Shown: positions 9,048 to 18,073 of the stretch, in pieces | How the letters are laid out: the number at the start of each line of letters is the position of its first letter | Numbering within the stretch: the stretch's first letter is position 1 | Origin: an uncultured Gammaproteobacteria bacterium | GTDB lineage: Bacteria; Patescibacteriota; Patescibacteriia; Magasanikbacterales; GWA2-37-8 | Direction of reading: 5' to 3' | Assembly: GCA_964619625.1 (NCBI GenBank) | Contig: CAZUFD010000002.1 | Location: 14,582-78,581, forward strand | Length of the DNA: 64,000 bases | The notes under the pieces: generated by a model | Databases searched by the model: none | Told to the model about the DNA's origin: nothing | The model's input: only the letters and a program-made list of their open reading frames with translations | Made by a program: the position numbers and the translations under genes

Positions 9048-9209
9048 CTAGTGCTTAAGAATTGATATAATGCCGCCATATACTATAAACATGGCAAAAA
9101 TCGTCCACCACCAGCCAAACTGGCCGGAAACCCAGCCGCTATAATAGGCCAAAGCACAAATTATGGTGGCGCACATCGCGACTAGATGGCGCAGCGTATT
9201 ATCGGACAT
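9048..9209 (-). CDS. Possible 53-aa small membrane protein
   Basis: Hand translation gives MSDNTLRHLVAMCATIICALAYYSGWVSGQFGWWWTIFAMFIVYGGIISILKH. It is shorter than the ORF-track cutoff and is speculative. Confidence 0.25.
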   Translation of the reverse strand: MSDNTLRHLVAMCATIICALAYYSGWVSGQFGWWWTIFAMFIVYGGIISILKH

Positions 9210-9275
9210 ACGATAAAATTACTAATTTCTAAATAGAATTTACTCACCATATCATAACATATTTTAAGTTAAAAC

Positions 9276-9305
9276 AAAAACCGCCATTATGACGGTTTTT
9301 GTTTA
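9276..9305 (-). terminator. Intrinsic terminator downstream of secF
   Basis: Hairpin AAAACCGCCA-TTA-TGACGGTTTT, followed on the minus strand by TTTTTGTTTT. Confidence 0.6.
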
Positions 9306-9317
9306 TTGAAGTTGGGG

Positions 9318-10256
9318 TTACGCCCGATGACGTTCTTGCCAGTTATATACCACCACCAAGAGCGGGCTGGCGATAAACACGGAAGAATAAGCGCCGCTAG
9401 CAATACCTATCAGCAAAGCCAAAGCAAAGTAATGGATACTGAATCCTCCTAAAAAGAATAAAGCGAAGAGCGGCAGCATGGTCTTGAAGGTGGTGTTAAT
9501 AGAACGCATTAAAGTTTGATTTAAGCCAATATTTACTACGTCGGCAAAACTATCCGCGCTATGTCTAAGCAAATTTTCACGAATACGGTCATAAACTACG
9601 ATCGTATCATTTACTGAATAGCCAAGCACCGTTAAAATAGCTACCACAAAGGCCGTGTCTACCTCTACTCCATAAAATCTGCCCAGGAAGGAAAATACAC
9701 CCATTACCAGAAGCACATCATGAAAAAGCGCTACGATGGCCAAGGCTCCATACTTCCAACTTGCTACCGGCCGGGAAACTTTTCTAAAAGCATAGGCTAC
9801 ATAACCAATAATACCCAAATTTACCATTATAATTGCCCAGAAAGATCTGGATTTTAATTGTTTGCTGATGGCCGGACCAATAGTTTCAAATCTATCTTCA
9901 TGGACAATATTATCGCCAACAGCAAATTTTTTAGACAGCCCTGCTAAAACCGACTGATGTTCCTGTTCGGAAAGAAAATCGGTTCTGATAATTACAGCCT
10001 TATCTCCGGTTTTTTGAAAAAAGGTGTTTTTTAAACCGATAGTATCAAAAACTTGTTTTAATTCTTCATTTTCGGGTCTGGTATTAAACGTAATCTCTAT
10101 TAAAGATCCGCTGGTGAAATCTATACCCGGTTTCAAACCCCACATTGCCAAAAATACCACGCAGGTAATCGTAACCAGGGCGCTAAATACTAACAGGAAT
10201 TTTGAATATTTTATAAATGATATAGTCATAATCGAAATGAGTTTATTTACTAACAA
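9318..10256 (-). CDS. secF: Protein-export membrane protein SecF
   Basis: SecF-family TM pattern. It overlaps the secD stop by 14 nt, the usual secDF arrangement. Confidence 0.9.
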   Translation of the reverse strand: MLVNKLISIMTISFIKYSKFLLVFSALVTITCVVFLAMWGLKPGIDFTSGSLIEITFNTRPENEELKQVFDTIGLKNTFFQKTGDKAVIIRTDFLSEQEHQSVLAGLSKKFAVGDNIVHEDRFETIGPAISKQLKSRSFWAIIMVNLGIIGYVAYAFRKVSRPVASWKYGALAIVALFHDVLLVMGVFSFLGRFYGVEVDTAFVVAILTVLGYSVNDTIVVYDRIRENLLRHSADSFADVVNIGLNQTLMRSINTTFKTMLPLFALFFLGGFSIHYFALALLIGIASGAYSSVFIASPLLVVVYNWQERHRA

Positions 10257-12000
10257 CTGCTTCTTCTTTTTTCTTATAACCTAAAAACAAGATATTCCCC
10301 TCTTCTCTTTTCATAAGCAACAAAACAGCTCTCATAATTGTGCGGGTTAAAACGATGGCGGAAAACATACTTACCAAAACACCAATGGCCAAGACTACCG
10401 CAAAGCCTTTCACAAAACCGCCCATCCAAACCATAAATACACAACTTATTAAAGTGGTAATATTACTGTCGCGAATAGATGGCCAGGCTCTAACAAACGC
10501 TTCTTCTACAGCGGATTTTAAACTTCTTCCTTCTCTTAATTCTTCTTTAAGCCTTTCAAAGACAAGCACGTTGGCATCTACCGCCATACCGATGGACAAA
10601 ATAAAGCCGGCGATTCCAGACAGGGTTAAAGTGACATTGATGGTTTTAAATATAACTAAGTTTATGAGCACATAAATACATAGCGATATGGCTGCCAACA
10701 GTCCGGGCAGCCTGTAATATAGAACCATGTAAATAAGCACGGCTATGAGGCCGTAAATACCGGCCATAAAGCTCTTCTGTAAAGAATCCGCGCCTAATGT
10801 GGCATCAACTTTTTGCTGGCTGATAAGCTCTACCGGCACCGGCAATGCTCCGGAATTCAGGCGCTGAGAGAGCAGTCTGGCTTCTTGTACAGAAAAACTG
10901 CCGCTAATCACCGCATTACCGGTTAAAATAGGTTCATTTACCTGTGGAATGCTAATAGCTGATCCATCCAAAAATATCGCTACCGGTCTGCCTACATTGC
11001 GTTTGGTTAAGTCCGCAAACAACTGCGTACCTTCTTCATCAAATTGCAAAGACACATGCACTTGTCCGGTTTGGGGGTCCTGAGTTACTTCGGTTCTCTT
11101 TAATTGTTTTCCGGATAAGCCAGAGGCCTTCCACTGCTCTGCCGGAGGCACGATATCCGTAGGTGATTTTGTTTTAACTAAAATTCTGGCAACATTATAA
11201 ACTTTCGTGCTGCTGGCCGTATCGGTTGTGGTTGTTTGTGAAGATAATCTTTTTAAAACATTTAACCCGTCAAAACTCTTTATTAATTCCTTGCTCACTT
11301 CTCCATCTTTATGGCTTGCGGCCCATTTATAAAATTCGGGGAAAACTTGATCATCAATAAAACCCAAATCACCGCCATCAGTTTTGGTAGTTTCATCCTC
11401 AGAATATTTTGCCGCGGCCTCGGCAAAATCCACGCCTTCAACAATTGCCTTTTGCGCTTCCTTGGCCTTGGCTTGCGCTTGGGCGTTATAGGCGTCCATT
11501 TCTTTCTTCTCTTCTGCAGTCAGCGGTCGCAGCGGCTCATCACTTTCTTCCTTAAATTCCAAAATCGGAGTTTCACCGATCATTTTTATAGCTTGATTAA
11601 CATCGGTTATACCCGGCAACTCCACGATAATTCTATAATCATCATTAACGCGGGTTGTCTGTACCAGCGGTTCCGCTACCCCAAGTCCGCCGCGCACACG
11701 CCGTTCTATAACATCACGCACACCTTCCACGGCGCTAGCTCTGTCGCTGCCTGGAATTACATCCGTATTTGCCTGGTAAACCAAATGAGCGCCGCCCTGC
11801 AGATCAAGGCCTAAATTAAATCCGGCAGCCGGAAAATTCGGCAAACCTATATTGGCTTTTTTATTCATCCAATCTATCCCTTTGTTGGCGTATGTTGGAA
11901 ATACGACTAAAAGACAAAAAACTGCTAAAAACAAGATACCAATAACTCTCCATTTAAGACTTTCTCGCGAAACGGTTTTCACCTTATTTTTTACAGCCAT
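10243..12000 (-). CDS. secD: Protein-export membrane protein SecD, with a parvulin-like insertion
   Basis: SecD blocks are present (LGLDLQGGAHLVYQ, GLGVAEPLVQT, VELPGITD, IFLDGSAISIPQVNEPILTGNAVISGSF, SGALPVPVE). The P1 head region contains a parvulin-type segment (DFAEAAAKYSEDETTKTDGGDLGFIDDQVFPEFYKWA...GEVSKELIKSFDGLNV). Confidence 0.9.
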   Translation of the reverse strand: MAVKNKVKTVSRESLKWRVIGILFLAVFCLLVVFPTYANKGIDWMNKKANIGLPNFPAAGFNLGLDLQGGAHLVYQANTDVIPGSDRASAVEGVRDVIERRVRGGLGVAEPLVQTTRVNDDYRIIVELPGITDVNQAIKMIGETPILEFKEESDEPLRPLTAEEKKEMDAYNAQAQAKAKEAQKAIVEGVDFAEAAAKYSEDETTKTDGGDLGFIDDQVFPEFYKWAASHKDGEVSKELIKSFDGLNVLKRLSSQTTTTDTASSTKVYNVARILVKTKSPTDIVPPAEQWKASGLSGKQLKRTEVTQDPQTGQVHVSLQFDEEGTQLFADLTKRNVGRPVAIFLDGSAISIPQVNEPILTGNAVISGSFSVQEARLLSQRLNSGALPVPVELISQQKVDATLGADSLQKSFMAGIYGLIAVLIYMVLYYRLPGLLAAISLCIYVLINLVIFKTINVTLTLSGIAGFILSIGMAVDANVLVFERLKEELREGRSLKSAVEEAFVRAWPSIRDSNITTLISCVFMVWMGGFVKGFAVVLAIGVLVSMFSAIVLTRTIMRAVLLLMKREEGNILFLGYKKKEEAVVSK

Positions 12001-12121
12001 ACAAGCGCGCGTGTTAATGAGTAATGTAAGAAACGGGCAATAATACCCCTTTTATCTGCTTAATCTTAAAGGATTTGGGATTTTTTGGCAAGACCTGAGT
12101 TTAGACCAAAACGGGGATAAA

Positions 12122-12337
12122 TTACTTGCCAATATATTCAAAACGAGGCATGATTTTGCCGTCTACTTCCACATTTTCTACAAACATTGCAAGCGGCCGC
12201 ACCCAAAATTTGGAATCGCTCTTATATAACGGCTCATAAATAACCATATCTTCAAGCGTCTCACTATGTCTGGCAATGCCGACAACCCTATATTCTTTAT
12301 TTTTATAATGCCTATATTTACCAAGTTTAAGCGACAT
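12122..12337 (-). CDS. DUF1653-family small protein
   Basis: MSLKLGKYRHYKNKEYRVVGIARHSETLEDMVIYEPLY...WVRPLAMF matches the DUF1653 pattern. The start was chosen at the internal Met, because the longer ORF overlaps the upstream gene out of frame. Confidence 0.55.
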   Translation of the reverse strand: MSLKLGKYRHYKNKEYRVVGIARHSETLEDMVIYEPLYKSDSKFWVRPLAMFVENVEVDGKIMPRFEYIGK

Positions 12338-12347
12338 ATATTCTACT

Positions 12348-12716
12348 CTATTTTCTTTTTCCTTTTTTCTCGTTAGTTTTATATCCGGTGTCCGAAGACC
12401 ACACCAACCATAATCGCTTTGCAAAACCACCTTTATTGCGCATATTTTCTTTACGCGCCGCATTTAACTCTCGCGTGCTTATTTTCTTTACTTTTTTTAT
12501 TTCATCAATCACTGCGAGTACATCACAAATTTCATGTACAAGCTCTACGCGTGTTCTGGCATTTTGTACACCGCCAGCTTCTTCTTCAATCTTAGCAAGC
12601 AATGCTTTTTCCAATTGCGATTTAGATAATTTTTTAGTTTCAAACGCTATACCCTTTTTCCGCATCTTTGCCGCCACTCCGTCACGAATAAGTTTATGAT
12701 AAAATATTTTTTTCAT
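12348..12716 (-). CDS. MazG/HisE-like nucleotide pyrophosphohydrolase family protein
   Basis: All-alpha pattern EEEAGGV...ELVHEICDVLAVIDEI, resembling the MazG-like EExxE / DxLxxL helices. Weak assignment. Confidence 0.45.
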   Translation of the reverse strand: MKKIFYHKLIRDGVAAKMRKKGIAFETKKLSKSQLEKALLAKIEEEAGGVQNARTRVELVHEICDVLAVIDEIKKVKKISTRELNAARKENMRNKGGFAKRLWLVWSSDTGYKTNEKKGKRK

Positions 12717-12752
12717 AACTCAACCTTATATTTGGTTCCATATAATTTATTT

Positions 12753-15512
12753 TTAGGCTCCGTGGCAGCGCTTATACTTCTTTCCACTTCCACAGGGGCA
12801 CAAATCATTGCGCCCAACTTCTTTTCCATCCGCACCTTTCTCTGTTCGGCTGTTTGAAACCTCGATCTCGCCATCTATTGCATCACTGGCTCCTTTGAAA
12901 TTCAAATGTTGACTTGTGCCCATTACCGATGGCGCCAATTGAATACCCAAATTTACTTTATATATTAGGTATACCACCTCTTTTTGAATCAAGTTAAGCA
13001 ATTCATTGAACATGCGATACGTTTCTTTTTTGTATTCTACGAGCGGATCGTGCTGGCCGTATCCGCGCAGGCCAATACCGGTACGCAAATAATCCACGGC
13101 CACCAAATGATCCACCCATAAATTATCCATCGCGCGCAAGAGTACCTGTTTTTCTATTTCCAGCAGCATCGCCATATCCGGCACCGCCTTAACAAGCAGC
13201 ATATCGTATTTTTTATTAGCTAAATCCACCAAGTATTCAATAATTTTGGTACGACTTTCCACATCTTCCAATTTCTGGCTTCTTTCTCCTGAAGCAAAAT
13301 CAGTGACCGTATTTTTTTCTTCATCTGACAGGGCAAAAATAGTGGAAACATTTTCCAAAATTTCTTTAACATTCCAATCGTGTCGGCTTTCGGTGTTGGT
13401 ATGAAAAGAAACAACTTGCTCAATCTCTTGTTCTACCATACCCAAAATCATTTGACGCATGGTGATTGCGCCTTCAGGCACAGTATTATTCTTTTCATTA
13501 TCAAAGGCGTTTAAAATTTCTCGGCGTTTGCCATAAATAACTTCTCGGTGGCGATTGAGTACGTCGTCGTATTCCAACAAATGTTTGCGGGTATCAAAAT
13601 GCATCCCTTCCACTTTTCTTTGAGCAGATTCTATAATGCGAGTAATCATTCTTTGTTCTATCGGCATATCATCCGGCACTTTGAGGGTTTCCATCACCCC
13701 GCGAATACGATCGCCGGCAAAAATTCGCATTAAGTCGTCTTCGGTGGAAAGATAAAATTGTGATTCGCCCGGATCTCCCTGACGGCCACTGCGACCGCGC
13801 AATTGATTATCTATACGGCGGCTTTCGTGGCGTTCAGTACCAATAACAAACAAACCGCCCGCTTCACGAACTTTACTGGCTTCTTCGGGCACTACCGGAT
13901 TTCCTCCTAACAATATATCCACACCGCGGCCGGCCATATTGGTAGCAAGCGTCACTGCGCCGGCGCGTCCGGCTTGAGCGATTATCTCACCCTCGCGTTC
14001 GTGGTTTTTGGCGTTTAAAATTTCATGCTTGATTCCTTCACGTTCCAAAAATAAACTGAGGGCTTCGTTTTTATCTACCGCTACCGTACCAATAAGCACC
14101 GGCTGGCCTTTGGCTTGTAATTCTTTTACGGTAAGGGCAATCGCTTTAAATTTCGCACTTTCAGTTTTATAAATTCTATCCGGATGATTATGGCGCTGAT
14201 TTGGCCTATTTGGTGGAATAACGACTACTTCTAATTTATAAATTTTGCCAAATTCCTCGGCTTCGGTTACGGCCGTACCGGTCATGCCTGATAATTTTGG
14301 ATATAATCTAAAATAATTTTGGAAAGTAACAGTGGCCATGGTGCGGCTCTCTTGCTGAATCTTTACCCCTTCTTTGGCTTCTATGGCTTGGTGCAAGCCT
14401 TCGCTATAACGTCGGCCCGGCATTTTTCTACCGGTAAATTCATCTACAATTATTACTTCGCCGTTTTCCAAAATATAATCGCGGTCACGCGCGAACAAAG
14501 CATGAGCGCGTAAAGCTTGTTCCACATGATGCACGGTGCGTATGCCACCCTCGGCATAAATATTATCTATACCCAAGGCTTTTTCAATTTTATTTATGCC
14601 CGCTTCGGTGAGCGTAGACGAACGCATCTTTTCATCCACGTTATAATCTTCGTTTTCTTTAAGACGACTTACCAAATCCGCGAATTTATAATACATATCG
14701 GTGGCATCTTCGGCCGGGGCGGAAATAATAAGCGGTGTTCGCGCTTCATCGATTAAAATAGAGTCAACCTCGTCTACAATGGCGTAAAAAAACGGCCGCT
14801 GCGACATTTCCTGTTTGCTTTGCACCATGTTGTCGCGCAAATAATCAAACCCAAATTCATTATTGGTGCCGTAAGTAATATCGCAAGCGTAGGCCTCTTG
14901 CCTGGAGCATCTTTCCAAAAATTCTGTTTCAACTTTATACATGCCCTTAGCATCTCTTTCTTTGTCGGCGGGGCTGCCTTCGGATAAATCTTCTTCGGGT
15001 TTTATGGATTTTTGCGCGTTATACTTATAAGAAACAAGCTGTTGTTGAATAATACCCACGGTGAGTCCTAGCGCGTCATAAATTTGTGCCATCCAAACGG
15101 CATCGCGTTTGGCCAAATAATCGTTTACGGTAACTACATGCGCGCCTTTGCCCGCGAGCGCGTTTAAATATGTTGGGAGTGTTCCTACCAGAGTTTTACC
15201 TTCGCCGGTTCCCATTTCCGCAATACTGCCGCGATGGAGCACGATACCGCCGATAAGCTGCACATCAAAATGACGCATGCCGGTAATACGCTTGGAAGTT
15301 TCCCGCACTACGGCAAAGGCCTCAGGAAGAATATCGTCCAAAATTTCACCGCTCGCCAAACGGTTTTTAAATTCGTCTGTTTTGGCGCGCAAATCAGCCA
15401 AGGTTAACTTTTCCATAGCCGGCTCCAAAGAGTTAATTTTCTCTACAATTGGCTGGATGCTTTGAATTGCTTTAGCATTAGGATCTCCGAAAATCTTGGT
15501 AAGAAAAGACAT
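12753..15512 (-). CDS. secA: Preprotein translocase ATPase SecA
   Basis: Walker A MGTGEGKT, the DEVD box, extensive SecA blocks, and a C-terminal zinc finger CPCGSGKKYKRCHG. Confidence 0.97.
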   Translation of the reverse strand: MSFLTKIFGDPNAKAIQSIQPIVEKINSLEPAMEKLTLADLRAKTDEFKNRLASGEILDDILPEAFAVVRETSKRITGMRHFDVQLIGGIVLHRGSIAEMGTGEGKTLVGTLPTYLNALAGKGAHVVTVNDYLAKRDAVWMAQIYDALGLTVGIIQQQLVSYKYNAQKSIKPEEDLSEGSPADKERDAKGMYKVETEFLERCSRQEAYACDITYGTNNEFGFDYLRDNMVQSKQEMSQRPFFYAIVDEVDSILIDEARTPLIISAPAEDATDMYYKFADLVSRLKENEDYNVDEKMRSSTLTEAGINKIEKALGIDNIYAEGGIRTVHHVEQALRAHALFARDRDYILENGEVIIVDEFTGRKMPGRRYSEGLHQAIEAKEGVKIQQESRTMATVTFQNYFRLYPKLSGMTGTAVTEAEEFGKIYKLEVVVIPPNRPNQRHNHPDRIYKTESAKFKAIALTVKELQAKGQPVLIGTVAVDKNEALSLFLEREGIKHEILNAKNHEREGEIIAQAGRAGAVTLATNMAGRGVDILLGGNPVVPEEASKVREAGGLFVIGTERHESRRIDNQLRGRSGRQGDPGESQFYLSTEDDLMRIFAGDRIRGVMETLKVPDDMPIEQRMITRIIESAQRKVEGMHFDTRKHLLEYDDVLNRHREVIYGKRREILNAFDNEKNNTVPEGAITMRQMILGMVEQEIEQVVSFHTNTESRHDWNVKEILENVSTIFALSDEEKNTVTDFASGERSQKLEDVESRTKIIEYLVDLANKKYDMLLVKAVPDMAMLLEIEKQVLLRAMDNLWVDHLVAVDYLRTGIGLRGYGQHDPLVEYKKETYRMFNELLNLIQKEVVYLIYKVNLGIQLAPSVMGTSQHLNFKGASDAIDGEIEVSNSRTEKGADGKEVGRNDLCPCGSGKKYKRCHGA

Positions 15513-15573
15513 AAATATTAAAAAAATAGACCCCTTTAAGGTTTCGCTATTTTAGCATACATTATACAGATAA

Positions 15574-15888
15574 TCAAGGCTTTTCTATAGATAAAAGCAC
15601 GCTATTTTTTACTCGCTGGGCTTCGCGCTCCACTACTTCGCCGTCGTATTCTCCCGAATGGGCGGTTACCCCTTCATAAATCGGACGCTTTTGGTCTAAA
15701 TGCAAATCAAAAATCACTTTCCCGCCTTCGGTTTTTATATACACATGAAAACGCGGATAAAAATCGCGATGAATGCGTTTGGCAAAACTAGTTTTGTTCA
15801 TACGTCTATCTATAATTTTGGCATAACCGCAGCGCAAAATAGATTTTTCCGGATCTTTTATTTCTTCCTGGCTGAATTTTATTTGCAT
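15574..15888 (-). CDS. Hypothetical small protein
   Basis: 104-aa ORF starting at MQIKFS, placed after the stop of the upstream gene. No family recognised. Confidence 0.45.
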   Translation of the reverse strand: MQIKFSQEEIKDPEKSILRCGYAKIIDRRMNKTSFAKRIHRDFYPRFHVYIKTEGGKVIFDLHLDQKRPIYEGVTAHSGEYDGEVVEREAQRVKNSVLLSIEKP

Positions 15889-15892
15889 ATAT

Positions 15893-18061
15893 TTATTTAC
15901 CCGCTTTGTACAAAGCCATAATTTCGGCCGGAGCCAAAGGGCGACTATAAACTCGCACATCATCTAGCGCTCCATCAAAATTTCTTCCATTGACCGGATC
16001 TTTAGCTATATTAGTATAACCGCCGGTGGTATCACCAACACCACTGGTAAAATTACCGTTGCCCACATATGTATCTTCAACACCGTTTATATATAATTTT
16101 AGATTGCCTGATGCTAAACCGGAGTTATACGTTGCGGCTACATGATACCATTTATTTGTTGATAAATCGGAATTACCAACTAACGTAACATTTGAACCGC
16201 CATTGCCAACTTGGCCGGTTAAATTACCGTTTGCATCCAAAACTAACCCGTAAAAATCAAGATTAGCATCATTTTTCATAAAAACCTGGTTGTAGTTTTT
16301 ATGAGCGCGAACTTTTATCCAAGAAGAAATAGTAAATTGGGTTGTTAATCTTAAAGATGACGGATCGCCAAGGTTTACAAAATAATTACTATCTTTAAAA
16401 TCTAGGCCCTGCCCTATCTTTCCTCTAGTCGCGCTTATGATTGTGCTTGTTCCATGATTTCCCTGGCCGCTTATGTCGGTACTCGTAACGGATGTCATAT
16501 TCCCGCCATCAAAAGTCCAGTGCCCTACCAAACTATTTTTAGGCTGTACTCTCACTGTATCTGTTTTACTGGTTTTATTATTGGCCATTTTATATAATTC
16601 CGAAACTTCAGCATTAGACAAAGCGCGATTATAAATTCGTATATCATCCAAAGATCCAAAAAATTCCGAACTAACGGCGGTTTTGTCACGGCCAATACTG
16701 GAGGTTGTGGTTCCATCCATTCCCGAAAGAGCTCCGGAAAAACTAGCGCTCGTGTTTCGTAAAATACCATCTACATAAATTCTAATGGGGGTGCCGCTAC
16801 CGTTCCACGTAGCCACTACATGAGTCCATTTGTTTAGTCTGGAACGCACGTTACTGCTTAAATTCCTGCTTGTGCCGCCAATTCTAAGGGTCACATAGGG
16901 AAAAGCTGAACCGTCCGTATTCAAACTTATAAAGGGGGTACCGATTGTGGCCCCAGAAATCATAAACCGATTGCCAAAATCCCCAGGCAAGGTAGTGGTG
17001 TTGGTTTTATACCAAAGCGAAATAGAAATTGCATCTGTAATAGATGGTGTTGTATAGGTTAAAATATCATCATCACCAGCACCGTCAAAAAACATACCTT
17101 GGCCCACTATGCCTCTAATCGTGGCTACACCGCCCTGTCTCGTTGCATGCACCCCATTACCGCTTCTGTCGGTGCTTGTACTAGGAGTTGTATCTCCGCC
17201 ATCAAAAGTCCAGTGTGCTTTTAGTCCATCTCTTAGCTGCGCTCTAATTGCGTCTGTTTTATTTACTTTACCTCCGCCACTTTTGTAAAGCTGTATTACT
17301 TCTACTGATGACAAGGAACGGTTATAGATACGGGCATCGTCAATAGTGCCTGTTGTAAATATGCCATTAAAATTAGCGCCAATATGATACGGCTGAAAAA
17401 AAGCTCCGCTGCCAATGGTGGAGCTGGCTCTATCAATTTCTAAAACACCGTCAATATAAAGACTGCCGGTATTATCCGAGTAGTTGGAGTACGTAATCAA
17501 ATGCCACTTTCCGTCTGCAACCAAAGTGGCTGATTTTATGTTGTGCTGCCAACCGCCATTGTAGTGCGCAAATTCCGCGTAGCCGCTTCGCACAGAAAAA
17601 GTAGCAAAAAGATTACCGCTATTCCAACCGATTAAAGACACGCCATAATCAACATTCTGCCTGAGATCGGTGCCTTTATACCAAGCGCTTAAACTCCAAT
17701 TTTCACTGGAGAGGCGGCCCATATTTCCTCTAACATTAAAATCACCGGTGGCCGGAAGAGTAATATAGTCGCTGCTGGTGCCGTTAAATTTTAAAGCTTG
17801 GCCGATTTTCCCCGCAGTCCGTAGGGTTCCGTTTCTTGTGCCGTTTAATCCGCTGCCGCTTTTATCGGTAACAGCACTCGCAGTCACATGCGGTCCGTCA
17901 AATGTCCACCAACCCTGCAATCCGTTTTTTAAAGAGTTTGAGCTGCTTGTTTTATTAATTACAGCCGCTTCGGTTTGGTTATTTTTATTAAACAAAAACA
18001 ACAATACCGCAAAAACGCAAACAGCTACCGACATTATTTGTAATTTATTTTTCTTTTTCAT
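15893..18061 (-). CDS. Secreted protein with three Laminin-G / concanavalin A-like lectin domains
   Basis: Signal peptide, then three ~230-aa repeats of the pattern GWWTFDG...LNGT...G..GQAL.F.G...Y...DD.RIYNRSLS..EV..LYK, which matches Laminin_G_3. Confidence 0.8.
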   Translation of the reverse strand: MKKKNKLQIMSVAVCVFAVLLFLFNKNNQTEAAVINKTSSSNSLKNGLQGWWTFDGPHVTASAVTDKSGSGLNGTRNGTLRTAGKIGQALKFNGTSSDYITLPATGDFNVRGNMGRLSSENWSLSAWYKGTDLRQNVDYGVSLIGWNSGNLFATFSVRSGYAEFAHYNGGWQHNIKSATLVADGKWHLITYSNYSDNTGSLYIDGVLEIDRASSTIGSGAFFQPYHIGANFNGIFTTGTIDDARIYNRSLSSVEVIQLYKSGGGKVNKTDAIRAQLRDGLKAHWTFDGGDTTPSTSTDRSGNGVHATRQGGVATIRGIVGQGMFFDGAGDDDILTYTTPSITDAISISLWYKTNTTTLPGDFGNRFMISGATIGTPFISLNTDGSAFPYVTLRIGGTSRNLSSNVRSRLNKWTHVVATWNGSGTPIRIYVDGILRNTSASFSGALSGMDGTTTSSIGRDKTAVSSEFFGSLDDIRIYNRALSNAEVSELYKMANNKTSKTDTVRVQPKNSLVGHWTFDGGNMTSVTSTDISGQGNHGTSTIISATRGKIGQGLDFKDSNYFVNLGDPSSLRLTTQFTISSWIKVRAHKNYNQVFMKNDANLDFYGLVLDANGNLTGQVGNGGSNVTLVGNSDLSTNKWYHVAATYNSGLASGNLKLYINGVEDTYVGNGNFTSGVGDTTGGYTNIAKDPVNGRNFDGALDDVRVYSRPLAPAEIMALYKAGK

Positions 18062-18073
18062 GATAATTTTTTG

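Noticed and set aside
12122-12716. Possibility that 12122..12463 and 12348..12716 are one frameshifted gene.
   Set aside because: The DUF1653 domain begins at its own Met (12337), downstream of the upstream gene's stop (12348). The two domains are unrelated, so they are treated as two adjacent genes rather than a pseudogene.
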